From the human T2T-CHM13v2.0 reference genome, Homo sapiens: 64,000 bases of DNA. The stretch is taken from NCBI RefSeq assembly GCF_009914755.1, contig NC_060925.1, one strand, 5' to 3'. Shown one piece after another: positions 41,546 through 53,418 of the stretch (positions are counted from its first letter, which is position 1; each line of letters starts with the position of its first letter). The position numbers and the translations under genes were made by a program. A model generated the notes under the pieces. The model saw nothing but the letters and a program-made list of their open reading frames with translations. It was not told the origin of the DNA and ran no database searches.

Positions 41546-42367
41546 GTATGGAGTTATTGGTGACTTCAGCCCAATAGGGAAATTCCAGTCTTTCATTTAA
41601 TCACTAGGGATATTTTGGTAAGTAAAGGAAACCAACATATGAACCAAATGTAGACCCTCACAAGAGAGTTCTCATCCTGATGTTTTTCCATCAGGGTATT
41701 AACATCTGGTGCTACCTAGCACTTGTTCATGGTTTATAAAGTTTCCATAACAGCTATTTAGAAAGAAAACGTCTCATCTTCCCAACACTGTATAGCTTCA
41801 TATGTACCAAAAATGCCTTGTACAAATTTTTTAAAGAATAGTTTAAAAAATGGATGAGATGTAAAGTTGTGCAGATGTAAGTATGATCCGTATTTCCAGG
41901 GACTATAGCTAAGCGTAGTGATGTTTAGACACAATATGTCTTTGAAAAAGAATGTTTCTTTATGGTAAAAAATCAAAAGCAAAAACAAAATTTTAACCAG
42001 AGTAATACTGGAAAGCTTAATCAAATTGGTAAATAAGATACATTGTGTAATATTTATTAGTACAATGTTGTACTAATAGGTAATACCTGTGTAGGTTTTT
42101 GGTTAATTTATCTAACAAATACATTTATAAGTTTATCTTCTATGGTGCTTATATGCCTATATTTCTTCTATATGAAGTTGATTTTTACATAATAGCACCT
42201 AGAAGAAGTTAGAAAGTTAGAAGAAAAAAATGCAGGCTTTTCAAATAAAAGATAAGATAGATGTCAAATGTGCAGAAGGTCTTGAGTCTTGCTTGGCATT
42301 GGAGAATATTCCACTGTTGTGGTTCTTTCATATTATTGCTATATATGTTCATTGTCGGTACAAATAC

Positions 42368-42666
42368 TTTTTTTTTTTCTGAGACCCAGTCTTGCTCTGT
42401 CACCCGGGCTGGAGTGCAGTGGCGTGATCTCTGCTCACTGCAACCTCCGCCTCCCAGGCTCAAGCAATTCTTGTGCCTCAGCCTCCTGAGTAGCTGAGAC
42501 TACAGGTGTGTACTACCCTGCCCAGATAAATTTTTGTATTTTTAGTAGAGACGGGTTTTTGCCATGTTGCCCAGCCTGGTCTCAAACTCCTGAGCTCAGG
42601 TGATCTGTGCGCCTCGGCCTCCCAAAGAAGTGCTAGGATTACAGGCATGAGCCACTGCGCCCGGCC
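42368..42666 (-). mobile_element. Alu (AluS-like), antisense
   Basis: Reverse dimer; TSD tacaaatacttt. Confidence 0.96.
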
Positions 42667-42878
42667 TACAAATACTTTAAAGAACATGAGTTGAAATCAG
42701 TAATACTTTTTAATTGTAAAGTATAACTATTTTTAATATTTGGCCCTCCTTTAGTTCCATAATGCTTCAAGTGGTTACTATTTATTGCCAGAGCAGCATC
42801 CTTTTTGTGAGAATAAGTATGATGTTCCTGCTGCATAGTTTTCTTGTATTATCTCAAATGCAATGTTCATATTTTCAG

Positions 42879-42960
42879 GATTCCAGTCAAATTGAGCTAT
42901 TAAAAGAATTAATGGATCTGCAGAAGGATATGGTGGTCATGTTGCTGTCCATGTTAGAAG
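42879..42960 (+). CDS. RYR2: RYR2 exon ~89 (82 nt) [28 protein letters not shown]
   Basis: ttttcag acceptor, AAG|gtagtt donor. Confidence 0.98.
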
Positions 42961-43524
42961 GTAGTTTTGATTTATACTTTTAAATTCTCTTTATTATCTT
43001 ATTTAAAGGATCAGCATGGGCTTATGGAATCAGAGTGTAGCATAGAATAAAATAGCACTCAGATATGATAGATGCCTTGGATTTCTTGCTGGCTTATTAT
43101 TCTTTTTCTCACATTAGTTTTTTTTTAAAGGGAGATCCTGCATATCTCAGTTTACATATCTACAAAATGAAAATAGTAGTACTTTATAACAGTACTTTTC
43201 ATTTCATAGTGATATCGTAAAAAGTAAGCTCTCCAGTCTATAAAGAATATTTTATTTGTTAGTGTGTTTGTCCATAATCAGTGGGGGTTTCGGACATTTG
43301 GGTAACAGTCAGCTGTGTAAGCTGCTGCTTTGAAAAGACCACAGAGTCACTCCTTTGGGTTCTTAAAGCCGTGGCACTGCTGGGAAAGCCTCTGTCCCCC
43401 AGGGCAGCTGGCAGTGGTAGTCTTGTTCTCCCCACCACAGCCTCAGTTTTAATTTTCTCTTTTTTTTTCTTCCCAGCTTATTTTGTTATTGCTTTTTTTT
43501 TTTTTTTTTTTCCTGTAGCAGGCA

Positions 43525-43710
43525 GGAAATGTAGCAGTTAAGAGCTTGGGCTCCAAATCCACCGCCAGAGTTTAAATCCTGGCTTCCTTACCTCTGGGAG
43601 GTATGACCCTTGGACAAGCTACATCTCCATTTTTTCAGTTTCCTCCTCTGCAAAATAGAAATGATAGATATTGATATGAGAATTCAGTGGAATCCTATAA
43701 ATACAACCAA
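43525..43710 (+). mobile_element. MIR SINE
   Basis: gtttaaatcctggcttc...tgacccttggacaag...cagtttcctcctctgcaaaatag. Confidence 0.7.
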
Positions 43711-44029
43711 AACAACTAAGAAATGTTTGGTATTACGGTGCCTATCACTTTTTCTTAACTTCTTCCTATTTTCTCTCCGTGTCTGCCATACATGGCGTAA
43801 CTCCACTTCAGTTAACTGAGGCAGCTGTCACGCCTCGTGCTAGGACTTTGAAGTGGCAGCATCTGCTTAAAGCCCTTAGTCGGTGGCAACAGTAGCCACT
43901 TTATACCCTTTAAACACAGGATCCATTTTTCCATGCATGGCCCCGATTCGAATTTTGGGTTAAATACTAACAAACAGCAACAATAATAACTGCAGTAGCA
44001 GCAACCACAGCAGTGACTTAAAACCAGCC

Positions 44030-44235
44030 TCATAACGTGCCAGATACTGAATTAAGTACTTATTTAATCCTAGTAACAAGTTTATCAGTTCAATGGTAAT
44101 ATTATCTCAAGTTTGCAAATGAGGAAACTGAGGTACAGAGAGGCTAAGAAATCTGCCCAGGTTGCTGAGCACATTAAGCCTGGATTCAAACCCAACAATG
44201 TGGCTCCAGATCCCACACTCTTAACACCACGGTGC
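44030..44235 (-). mobile_element. MIR SINE
   Basis: tttgcaaatgaggaaactgaggtacagagaggctaag...ggattcaaaccca...ctcttaacacca. Confidence 0.75.
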
Positions 44236-44988
44236 TTACTGCTTCTCCGATTGACTCTGTGGACCTCTGACCAGCGACCTTTCTTCTCCTGCCTGTCTTT
44301 ATGATATATAGCACGTTCTGTTCAATGAATAAAAGCATTCTGTGATCCTGTAGTTCAGGAATCTGCCATTTTCTAACAACTATACACACTGACTCATGAA
44401 GAAATGTAGAAAGGTGCTTTTCATTATGAATCAGAAAAAGCGTACAGTTTGCTCTCAGGATCTGGTCTGAAGACCTGGCACTAACCTTTAATAATTAAGT
44501 CACAATGGGCCCATTAATTTAGTCTTGTTGAACTTCAATTTCCTCATCGGTAAAATTAGGGTTAACAAAAAGTACCTGCCTTACATATGAACATTAAATC
44601 AGATATTGTCTATGATAGTGATTTTTCAACTCTAAAGGGCTGAGCAAATGTTTATTTTTATTATTAATATGAAACGATTTTAGTTTCTGGCTCTTTGGCT
44701 CATTTTCTTTATCTAAAACATGTTGCTTCTTTGATTGAGGGGAAAAATGTCAACTTTTGTTGAAATATTTTATGTGTGTCAGTCTAATTGCTCTGTAAAT
44801 AGGGTTATGCATGTTTGTGTAATCATTTTTTAAACTATAGTTTATAAATAATTATCTTTTTATAGAGTGAGAGATAAACAGGGACATATCCTTGATTCAG
44901 ATGTTATTAAAGATCTACATTGTTATCTTCTGTATGATCACTGATTTTGTTAGTTTATTTTAAACAAATGCAACTGCTTTACCACCAG

Positions 44989-46286
44989 GTAATGTTGTTA
45001 ATGGAACGATTGGCAAACAGATGGTGGATATGCTTGTGGAATCTTCCAACAACGTGGAGATGATTCTCAAATTTTTTGACATGTTCTTAAAACTAAAGGA
45101 TTTGACGTCGTCTGATACTTTTAAAGAATATGACCCCGATGGCAAGGGAGTCATTTCCAAGAGGGACTTCCACAAAGCGATGGAGAGCCATAAGCACTAC
45201 ACGCAGTCAGAAACGGAATTTCTTTTGTCTTGTGCGGAGACGGATGAGAATGAAACCCTCGACTACGAAGAGTTCGTCAAACGCTTCCACGAACCTGCGA
45301 AGGACATCGGCTTCAACGTCGCCGTCCTTCTGACAAACCTCTCTGAGCACATGCCCAACGATACCCGACTTCAGACTTTTCTGGAATTAGCAGAGAGCGT
45401 CCTGAATTATTTCCAGCCCTTTCTGGGCCGCATCGAAATCATGGGAAGCGCCAAACGCATCGAGAGGGTCTATTTTGAAATCAGTGAGTCCAGCCGAACC
45501 CAGTGGGAGAAGCCCCAGGTCAAGGAGTCCAAAAGACAGTTCATATTTGACGTGGTCAACGAAGGCGGAGAGAAAGAGAAGATGGAACTCTTTGTGAACT
45601 TCTGCGAGGACACCATCTTTGAAATGCAGCTGGCGGCTCAGATCTCGGAGTCGGACTTGAACGAGAGGTCAGCGAATAAGGAAGAAAGCGAGAAGGAGAG
45701 GCCGGAAGAGCAGGGGCCGAGGATGGCTTTCTTCTCCATTCTGACGGTCAGGTCGGCCCTGTTTGCGCTCAGGTACAATATCTTGACCCTTATGCGAATG
45801 CTCAGTCTGAAGAGCCTGAAGAAGCAGATGAAAAAAGTAAAAAAGATGACCGTGAAGGACATGGTCACGGCCTTCTTTTCATCCTACTGGAGTATTTTCA
45901 TGACCCTCTTGCACTTCGTGGCCAGCGTTTTCAGAGGCTTTTTCCGCATCATTTGCAGCCTGCTGCTTGGGGGAAGCCTCGTCGAAGGTGCTAAAAAGAT
46001 CAAAGTTGCAGAACTGTTAGCCAACATGCCAGACCCCACTCAGGATGAGGTTAGAGGAGATGGGGAGGAGGGAGAGAGGAAACCCCTGGAAGCCGCCCTG
46101 CCCTCCGAGGATCTGACCGACTTAAAGGAGCTGACAGAGGAAAGTGACCTTCTTTCGGACATCTTTGGCCTGGATCTGAAGAGAGAAGGAGGACAGTACA
46201 AACTGATTCCTCATAATCCAAATGCTGGGCTCAGTGACCTCATGAGCAACCCAGTCCCCATGCCTGAGGTGCAGGAAAAATTTCAG
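44989..46286 (+). CDS. RYR2: RYR2 exon ~90 (1298 nt): EF-hand pair, U-motif/TaF region and DR1 segment
   Basis: caccag acceptor, CAG|gtaatt donor; 426-aa ORF 45021..46301 with EF loops DPDGKGVISKRDF and ETDENETLDYEEF; length equals known RYR2 exon 90. Confidence 0.99.
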
Positions 46287-46516
46287 GTAATTTATCTCTA
46301 AGTCACAGCAGCATTCTCTCTGGACTTCAGGTGGGTATAATAAATGATCATTAGACCAGGTTTCATGCTAGTGCCAGAACGGTGTTACCTATGTGACTTG
46401 AATTTCCAAAGAGAAATGCTTTTTGGTAGACAAAGTTAGTGTTTTTAAGAGTCCTTATGAATTATTAAATTATCTTAAACTATTATGGTGTAAGCTTCAG
46501 TACCCACCCTAACTGT

Positions 46517-46690
46517 AGCCTACATCTTTCTCCACGTTTATATAATTTTATATGCACATTTGAAAAGTTGGGAAAAGAAAGAAAACTTTTAGATACCTGT
46601 AAGTGGCATTATTCTCACAGAGCATTGAAATTTTCTCCTCTGTTCTGTGATTTTCTTTGGCATGTTTTCATTGTATGTTCTTTGTAGTCA
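46517..46690 (+). repeat. ~175-bp dispersed direct repeat, copy 1
   Basis: agcctacatctttctccacgtttata...tttgtagtca recurs at 48004-48180. Confidence 0.92.
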
Positions 46691-47283
46691 TTAGTCCATA
46701 GAGCCATCATTCCATCCATGAATATGGCATATTTTCCAAGTGTCTGACAGACACCACTGGGTATCATAGGGAATTCAAAGGTAAGATGGGGTCACTGCCT
46801 TCAAATTACCTTAAAAAGTTTATTCCAGAGATAAAACTAACACACATGAAGAAACTAGAAAAGGGTTAACTGTGAAATAGTATAGGCAGGGCAGTAGGGG
46901 TTGCTTATGTTGAGAAAATGGCAATGCCGCTATGGTTTAAAGTAGTTAGATAAGAATGAAGAGGTAGGACTTAAACTGGCATTGAAGGATGAGTAAGATT
47001 TTAGTAGGTGCTTAAGATAAAGAAGGATATTTCTGAAATGAGAAAAGAGAGTGAAAAGGAGTCCAGAAAGTTTGTCCCTGCTGCTGGTGCAGTAGGTCAG
47101 TGTGCAGAAGAAGCGGGAGATGTTTGGCCCTATAAAATGAAAAACACGTGGCGCTTTTATCGTGGTATAAGCAAGAGGGTATCTTATATAGGTTATGGTT
47201 TGACACATGGTCACATGGCTCCCTCAATTCATTCAAAGGTGATGGGTAATCCTGGTTTTCTTTTCCCCATTGACTCATTCAAG

Positions 47284-47351
47284 GAACAGAAGGCAAAAGA
47301 AGAAGAAAAGGAAGAAAAAGAAGAAACCAAATCTGAACCTGAAAAAGCCGA
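47284..47351 (+). CDS. RYR2: RYR2 exon ~91 (68 nt) EQKAKEEEKEEKEETKSEPEKA-E
   Basis: attcaag acceptor, CGA|gtatgt donor; frame consistent with neighbours. Confidence 0.96.
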
Positions 47352-47762
47352 GTATGTATAGTTTGCATATACTTTTCCTTCGTTTCAGTTTGTCATTACA
47401 TCTCTTTTTCTTGTACTCTGTCTTTGGGAGCTGCAAGGGAGAATCTCATATTGTCAAGGAGCCACAGAACTAATTGTGCCATCTCCGTGGAGAGGCTCTG
47501 ACAGCGAGGACCTCAGGCCATGGGCAGGGATCACTGTAGACGCCCCCGGGGCTGCCAGTCTAGTCTTTTCCTCTCATTCCATGGGGACCTCCATTTGTGT
47601 GATTCCCTCTCAGCAGGAAAGACTCCAGTGATTGCATGGAATGCTGTTTGTAAGAGGACTCAGGGCCACAATTCTGTCTTTAAAAATCACTCATGTCTTT
47701 CTGTCCTTTCCAAGAAGGGAGGAAACAAACATTCCAAATGCGCTTTCATAGAATCCTGTGGA

Positions 47763-47920
47763 GTGGTGCTCCTTAAACCATAGACCCAGGACCACATGCA
47801 TAAAAGTCCCCGGGAGAGTTGGTTAAAACAAACATTCCTGGGCCCCAAGCCATAGATCCTGCCTCAGCAGGTCTGGTGTGGGGCCTGGGAGCCTTCATTT
47901 TCACCAACACTCCTGGGATC
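47763..47920. mobile_element. MER5-like hAT-Charlie element
   Basis: gttaaaacaaacattcctgggcccca...ggtctggtgtggggcctgggagccttcattttcaccaa. Confidence 0.65.
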
Positions 47921-48003
47921 AACGCAGCAATAAAAAAGAGCTGGATGTGAGGCGATGAAAATGCATAACTCCCTCATAACACCAGGTTTCTCTGAATAAT
48001 CGA

Positions 48004-48180
48004 AGCCTACATCTTTCTCCACGTTTATAGAATTTTATACGCACATTTGAAAAGTTGGGGGAAGAAAGAAAGGAAGCTTTTAGGTGCCTGTAGTGCCACT
48101 ATTCTCCCATAGCATTGAAATTTTCTCCTCTATTCTGTTATTTTCTTTGGTCTGTTTTCATCGTTATGTTTTTGTAGTCA
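48004..48180 (+). repeat. ~175-bp dispersed direct repeat, copy 2
   Basis: Aligns along its whole length to 46517-46690 with scattered substitutions and small indels. Confidence 0.92.
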
Positions 48181-48622
48181 GCACTATTCATTGTCATAGA
48201 TCTCACACTATTGGGTCAGTTGTAAAAATGGCCCCATAAAAAGTAGACACAAATAACAGCAAGACAGGCATTTCAATGGCAATTCTTTAACTAATATATA
48301 CCTCATATGAGTTAAGATTAAGTATAGCTTATATATATTAATATTTCTGGTTTATGTATTAATACATATGACTTCACTTTAATTTAATGAAGGACTGATA
48401 TTTTGCACCTAAAGGATATCAAATGTCAATTCTTCTAATTCCATTATTGTTGGAATTAATATATCATTACTATAATTCACTTTATTTTATTTAATAAAAT
48501 TAATTACAATTAATATATGTCAGAGTATAATGATACACTTTATACATGTGAACAATTAAGTGTGTAGGCCTCTGATTTTAAATCTTAATGGAAAATGTTA
48601 AAAATTGTGCATTAAAATTATA

Positions 48623-48941
<319 letters not shown>

Positions 48942-49301
48942 TTATAATTTAAAAATAGGGTATGTGGGACAGTCATAGCAAAATCATTCATCATTCTTCA
49001 TTTTTTTAATGTTTCATTGCAGAATTGGAAGGAATCTGCTATGCATAAAGATTCTTCAAGCCTATAAAATGTCCTCTATATTTCAACTTCACAGAATTAC
49101 CCATCTCCAGGGGACTGTGATCAACAGAAAATCCTACCCCTGATTCTAAAATTCAGAATATTATCATTCACCGGAAAAGAAATTAGTTTTCAAAAGTAAT
49201 ATGATGGCCTAAAATATTTGTTCACTTGGGTAATTTTCCACAACACCCGTTTAGTTCTTTAGTTTCTGGAGAGCTTATGTTTTGTTTGTTTGTTTTCATA
49301 G

Positions 49302-49449
49302 GGGAGAAGATGGAGAAAAAGAAGAGAAAGCCAAGGAAGACAAGGGCAAACAAAAGTTGAGGCAGCTTCACACACACAGATACGGAGAACCAGAAGTGCC
49401 AGAGTCAGCATTCTGGAAGAAAATCATAGCATATCAACAGAAACTTCTA
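49302..49449 (+). CDS. RYR2: RYR2 exon ~92 (148 nt) GEDGEKEEKAKED...ESAFWKKIIAYQQKLL
   Basis: ttcatag acceptor, CTA|gtaaga donor. Confidence 0.98.
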
Positions 49450-49837
49450 GTAAGATGTTTTAGAATGAATATTGTTACTGATATAGTGCAATACCGTAAT
49501 AATTTAGGCTCAGTAAATGTTTGCTGACCTCTCCCTGAGTGGCAGTTAGGGAACCAGGTTAGTCCAGCACATGTTTGATTTGCTCATTGTAGTGTGTTTA
49601 TCTTTTATAGTGAATGTCTCTGGCCCACCGCTCCCTACTGTCAAACCCATAACCTCTACTCATGTTCACACTCCCTGAAACCCTTTCATTTGGTTCCTGC
49701 CAGGACAGTGCTCCCAGTGTCTGCCCACAAAGACATTAGGACAAGTGAATAAACATAGTCTAAGGACCTGCAACAGATTTTAAAGCAAGATGTGCCTTCT
49801 AGGACACAAGTAATTCAAAAATGTTCCAGAACTAGAT

Positions 49838-49979
49838 TAGTCAGTATTTCTATAACATCACCGTTTTACTTAAAAATCCAGGTATAAAAATATTAGCTAA
49901 TTGAGCCATAGTCAGTATTTCTATAACATCACCCTTTTACTTAAAAATCCAGGTATAAAAATATTAGCTAATTGAGCCA
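49838..49979. repeat. 71-bp tandem duplication (1 mismatch)
   Basis: tagtcagtatttctataacatcacc(g/c)ttttac...attgagcca x2. Confidence 0.95.
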
Positions 49980-50247
49980 CTTTCCATTGATAATAAGAAG
50001 GTCTATTCAAAATTGTTCTTTAAGAGAGGGATTACAGTTCTTTATATACTGTCCTGTACATTTTACAGAGGTGTTCCCCTAATTAGTAAAGCACACATTC
50101 ATATTTGGAAAACAAAAGGTATAGCTCTCTCTATGTCTATTCATATTTATCTTGAAATTCTTAAAAATATTGTTTGAAAGGCCTTTATTAACATGCATGT
50201 GTAATGTCACATGTATACACATATATGTGTCTCCTATCCTTTTCCTC

Positions 50248-50421
50248 CATGCTTATCTCCTATCCTTTTCCTCCTTTATAAAAATTAAACATATGTGTAT
50301 ATATGTATAATTTTTATAATTATATGTGTATATATGTATAATTATATGTGTGTATATATGCATAATTTTTATAAATTTTTATAATTTTTATAAGGGAGGA
50401 AAAGGATAGGGGATAAGCATG
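50248..50421. repeat. 40-bp inverted repeat around a 94-nt TA-rich spacer
   Basis: 50248-50287 is the reverse complement of 50382-50421 with 2 mismatches. Confidence 0.93.
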
Positions 50422-50819
50422 TAGAATCCACCTACAAGAGGTACTGACCAGTGATGTTAGACCTAGAATTTAAGAACAACAACCCTCATAAGAAAGCCAT
50501 TTGAACAGCAGAGTCATATTTAGTGTTTTTTAGCCCTTGAGAAATCAAAAATTGACAACTCAGAACCTCAATGAACTATAGAATTTCACCTATAAGGAAA
50601 GTGGACTGTCCTCAGTAATTATATATTCTAAATGCTTATCTTTAAACATGGTTATGTATTATATATTTTATGCAAATATATTTTAATTTAGTTGTAACTA
50701 CATTTCCTAAACCATCTTGTATTTTCCCTATATTGTTTAATACAGAGTTCACTGAACAGAAATGTTTCCTAGATAACTAACTCTGAATAATTCCTAATTT
50801 GGTATGCCATAATGGCTTC

Positions 50820-50909
50820 CATGGCTGCAGGTATAGTTCTATTATAGGTCATGGCTGCAGGTATAGTTCTATTATAGGTCATGGCTGCAGGTATAGTTCT
50901 ATTATAGGT
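50820..50909. repeat. 30-bp x3 perfect minisatellite
   Basis: catggctgcaggtatagttctattataggt x3. Confidence 0.97.
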
Positions 50910-51399
50910 GGTTTAAAGGTTGAATGGGCGCTGCAGCACCCCAGTGGGTTCCTGAAGAATGTGTTTAACTACAGTTGTGTAAACCAAGTAGTTGAGATTT
51001 TGCTTCCAGCTTTCACTGTGTCAGGGTTCACATGTTCTGTTGTCTCTGCACAGCTCCTCCCTTTTCCTGCATCTCTTTGCTATCTTTCTCGGCTCACCGA
51101 TTTGCATGCACATGACCAGTCATGGCCACATCCGTCTAACAAAGGCCCCTTTTCCCCTAAGTGAGAGCTCAGCCTAGCTAACTCAGCCTCTGTGACCCAG
51201 ATCCACCTTCCAAGGACAACCAGTGAAACTGACGCAGTCTGGGTGTGGTGGACAGCCTTGTTCTAATAAGCTCTGGCAGTAAAGATGGGGTCCTGTGTGG
51301 GGAAATGACACGAACAGAGATGGGCTGTGTACACAGAGGGGAATATCATTCTGAGGTGTTACATTTTGATGTAGCTTTATTATGGTAAATCCCCTGACA

Positions 51400-52675
51400 T
51401 ATCCACTTAAATTATATTGACATCTCCCACTTAATATTAAAACAAATGCTTAATGTCCACCATAACCTATTACTTTAAACCCACTTCTCTAGGCTTTATT
51501 TTTTCCCAGCCCAATAAATTGTACCAGCTGTTCCCTTAGTTGCTGAGGCTCCCAAATTCAGAAGGTATCATCTTTGAACCCTCTCTTTCCCACCTTAAAT
51601 ACAACCCAACGATAATTATTCTCAGTTGTTCCAAATACATCGAGTCTGCCCAGTTCTTGCCATCTCCACAGGTACCATTAAGTCCAATCCACCACCATGA
51701 ACCTCACCTCTGCCTGACGTCTTGTACTAACTTTCTAACGGGTCCTCTTGCTTTCACTGTTGTTCCACTGCTATCAGTTTTCACATAGTAGCTGGAGTGG
51801 GCCTTCCAAATCATAATCCAACTGCACCAAGTCCTCCTGAAATCCTCTAATAGCTTCCCATCCCACCTAGAATAAAATAATAATTATACTGGAATATTAC
51901 ATTTATTATAGATAATCAACATAATAATTATATTAATAACGAACTTTCCCTATATTAACTCATTTCATCTTCAAAGCACACTTAAGAGTTAAGGTCTTTT
52001 GTTATTCCCACTTCGCATGCAGATGAGCAGAGTGATGCTACAGAAAAGATTAAGTCATTTGTCCATATCCCACACTAGGAAATGGAGGGAGGCAGGCTTC
52101 ATATCCAGGCAATGAGGCCTCGGAGGTTGTAAACTGAACCACCACACTGTCAAAGACAAGACAACCTTTTATCAGAAGCCTACAAAACCCTGCCCCCTGC
52201 TCACCTGTCTGATCACATCCCCCTGCCACCCCCACACATCAGTCTCCCTTCTTCTCACTGTGTTTCCTTCTATTTCTCAAACACACCAACATCACTCCTA
52301 ACTCAGGGCCTCTGCCCTTGTTGCTCCTCTCTTTGACACACTCTTTCTTTCCCCAAATATTTGTATGACTTGCTCCCCGCTTGTGCATTCAGGCCTCTCT
52401 GTTCAAAGCTTACCTCCTGAGATAAACCTTCCCAGACCAACACCATCTAAAATAGCACCCCTATTCCCTAAGCTCCTAACCCGATGTAGTTTTCTTCTTA
52501 GCATTTAACATTCTCTGAAATTATGTTTTTCACTTGCGGGTATGCTTTTTTATTCTTTGTCTCCTCCATGGTGGCAGAAATGTTCTCCCTCACTTTTAGG
52601 TCTGCAGCACCAAGAATGGTGCTTGAAACAGTAGGCTTGCGATCAATTGTTTGGGGTAAATGAATGAATGCTTTA
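51400..52675 (+). mobile_element. LINE-2 3' region interrupted by an antisense MIR (~51950-52150)
   Basis: L2-like cagggcctctgcccttgttgctcctct...ctccatggtggcaga...cagtaggcttgcgatcaattgtttgg...aatgaatgaatg terminus. Confidence 0.6.
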
Positions 52676-52742
52676 TTTAAATTGACTGCAGGTTTCAAGC
52701 CTGTTGATTCAGTGACCTTTTCATAATGTTTTTCACCCTCAG

Positions 52743-52829
52743 AACTATTTTGCTCGCAACTTTTACAACATGAGAATGTTAGCCTTATTTGTCGCATTTG
52801 CTATCAATTTCATCTTGCTCTTTTATAAG
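52743..52829 (+). CDS. RYR2: RYR2 exon ~93 (87 nt) [29 protein letters not shown] (pre-S1/S1; R4497 CGC codon at 52755)
   Basis: ccctcag acceptor, AAG|gtacgt donor; hydrophobic S1 helix. Confidence 0.98.
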
Positions 52830-53418
52830 GTACGTACATCTCACTGTTTTAATTACTGGTATAAAACTCCAAATAGAAATGAATGTAAAGATTTCACGAT
52901 GAACGTATCTACTACTGCTAGTGAACATGTCTAAACCTATTATGAAATACTGGTGCCTAGGCACTGATATCACTGTTATCTAGGAAGGCAAGATAGATTT
53001 GTTCCTGAGAAGTGAGAAATGCCTCAACTGAAGGGCATTTGATTTAGCAGAGGGCTTCCCCACAGTATTCCCAGCCTAATTTAGCTGAATATCTTATTTG
53101 TGACTATGCCTGGGTGTGGCATACCGTATTATATTACATTCTTTTGTAATTGAGAAGAGAGCTTAGCCATCTAATTTTTTAGCATGCATTGGAATCCTCA
53201 GAATTTTTGGTTGAATAAGAATGAATTTTAAAAGTATGTTCATTACTTGCCTTTGGTTTTTGAAAAGCTATCGTTTTTAGCCTTTGCTATTAGTCCTTTC
53301 ATTATGCAGTGACTTCACATCCAACTATTTGCTGAAAAGGCTGTATTTCTTTTGTCTTTTGCTTGCAATGGTATCTTAGATGCAGCAAACTGACTCTACT
53401 TTAAATGCTTTGAATCAG

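Noticed and set aside
45130-45868. Alternate-frame and antisense ORFs overlapping exon 90
   Set aside because: Short shadow ORFs expected in a GC-richer coding exon.
47008-47283. Open frame continuing upstream of exon 91 (ORF 47008..47361)
   Set aside because: Upstream part lies in purine-rich, L2-like intronic sequence with no convincing acceptor; treated as chance read-through.
50820-50909. 30-bp repeats superficially like CRISPR direct repeats
   Set aside because: No spacers, eukaryotic intron, no cas genes; it is a minisatellite.
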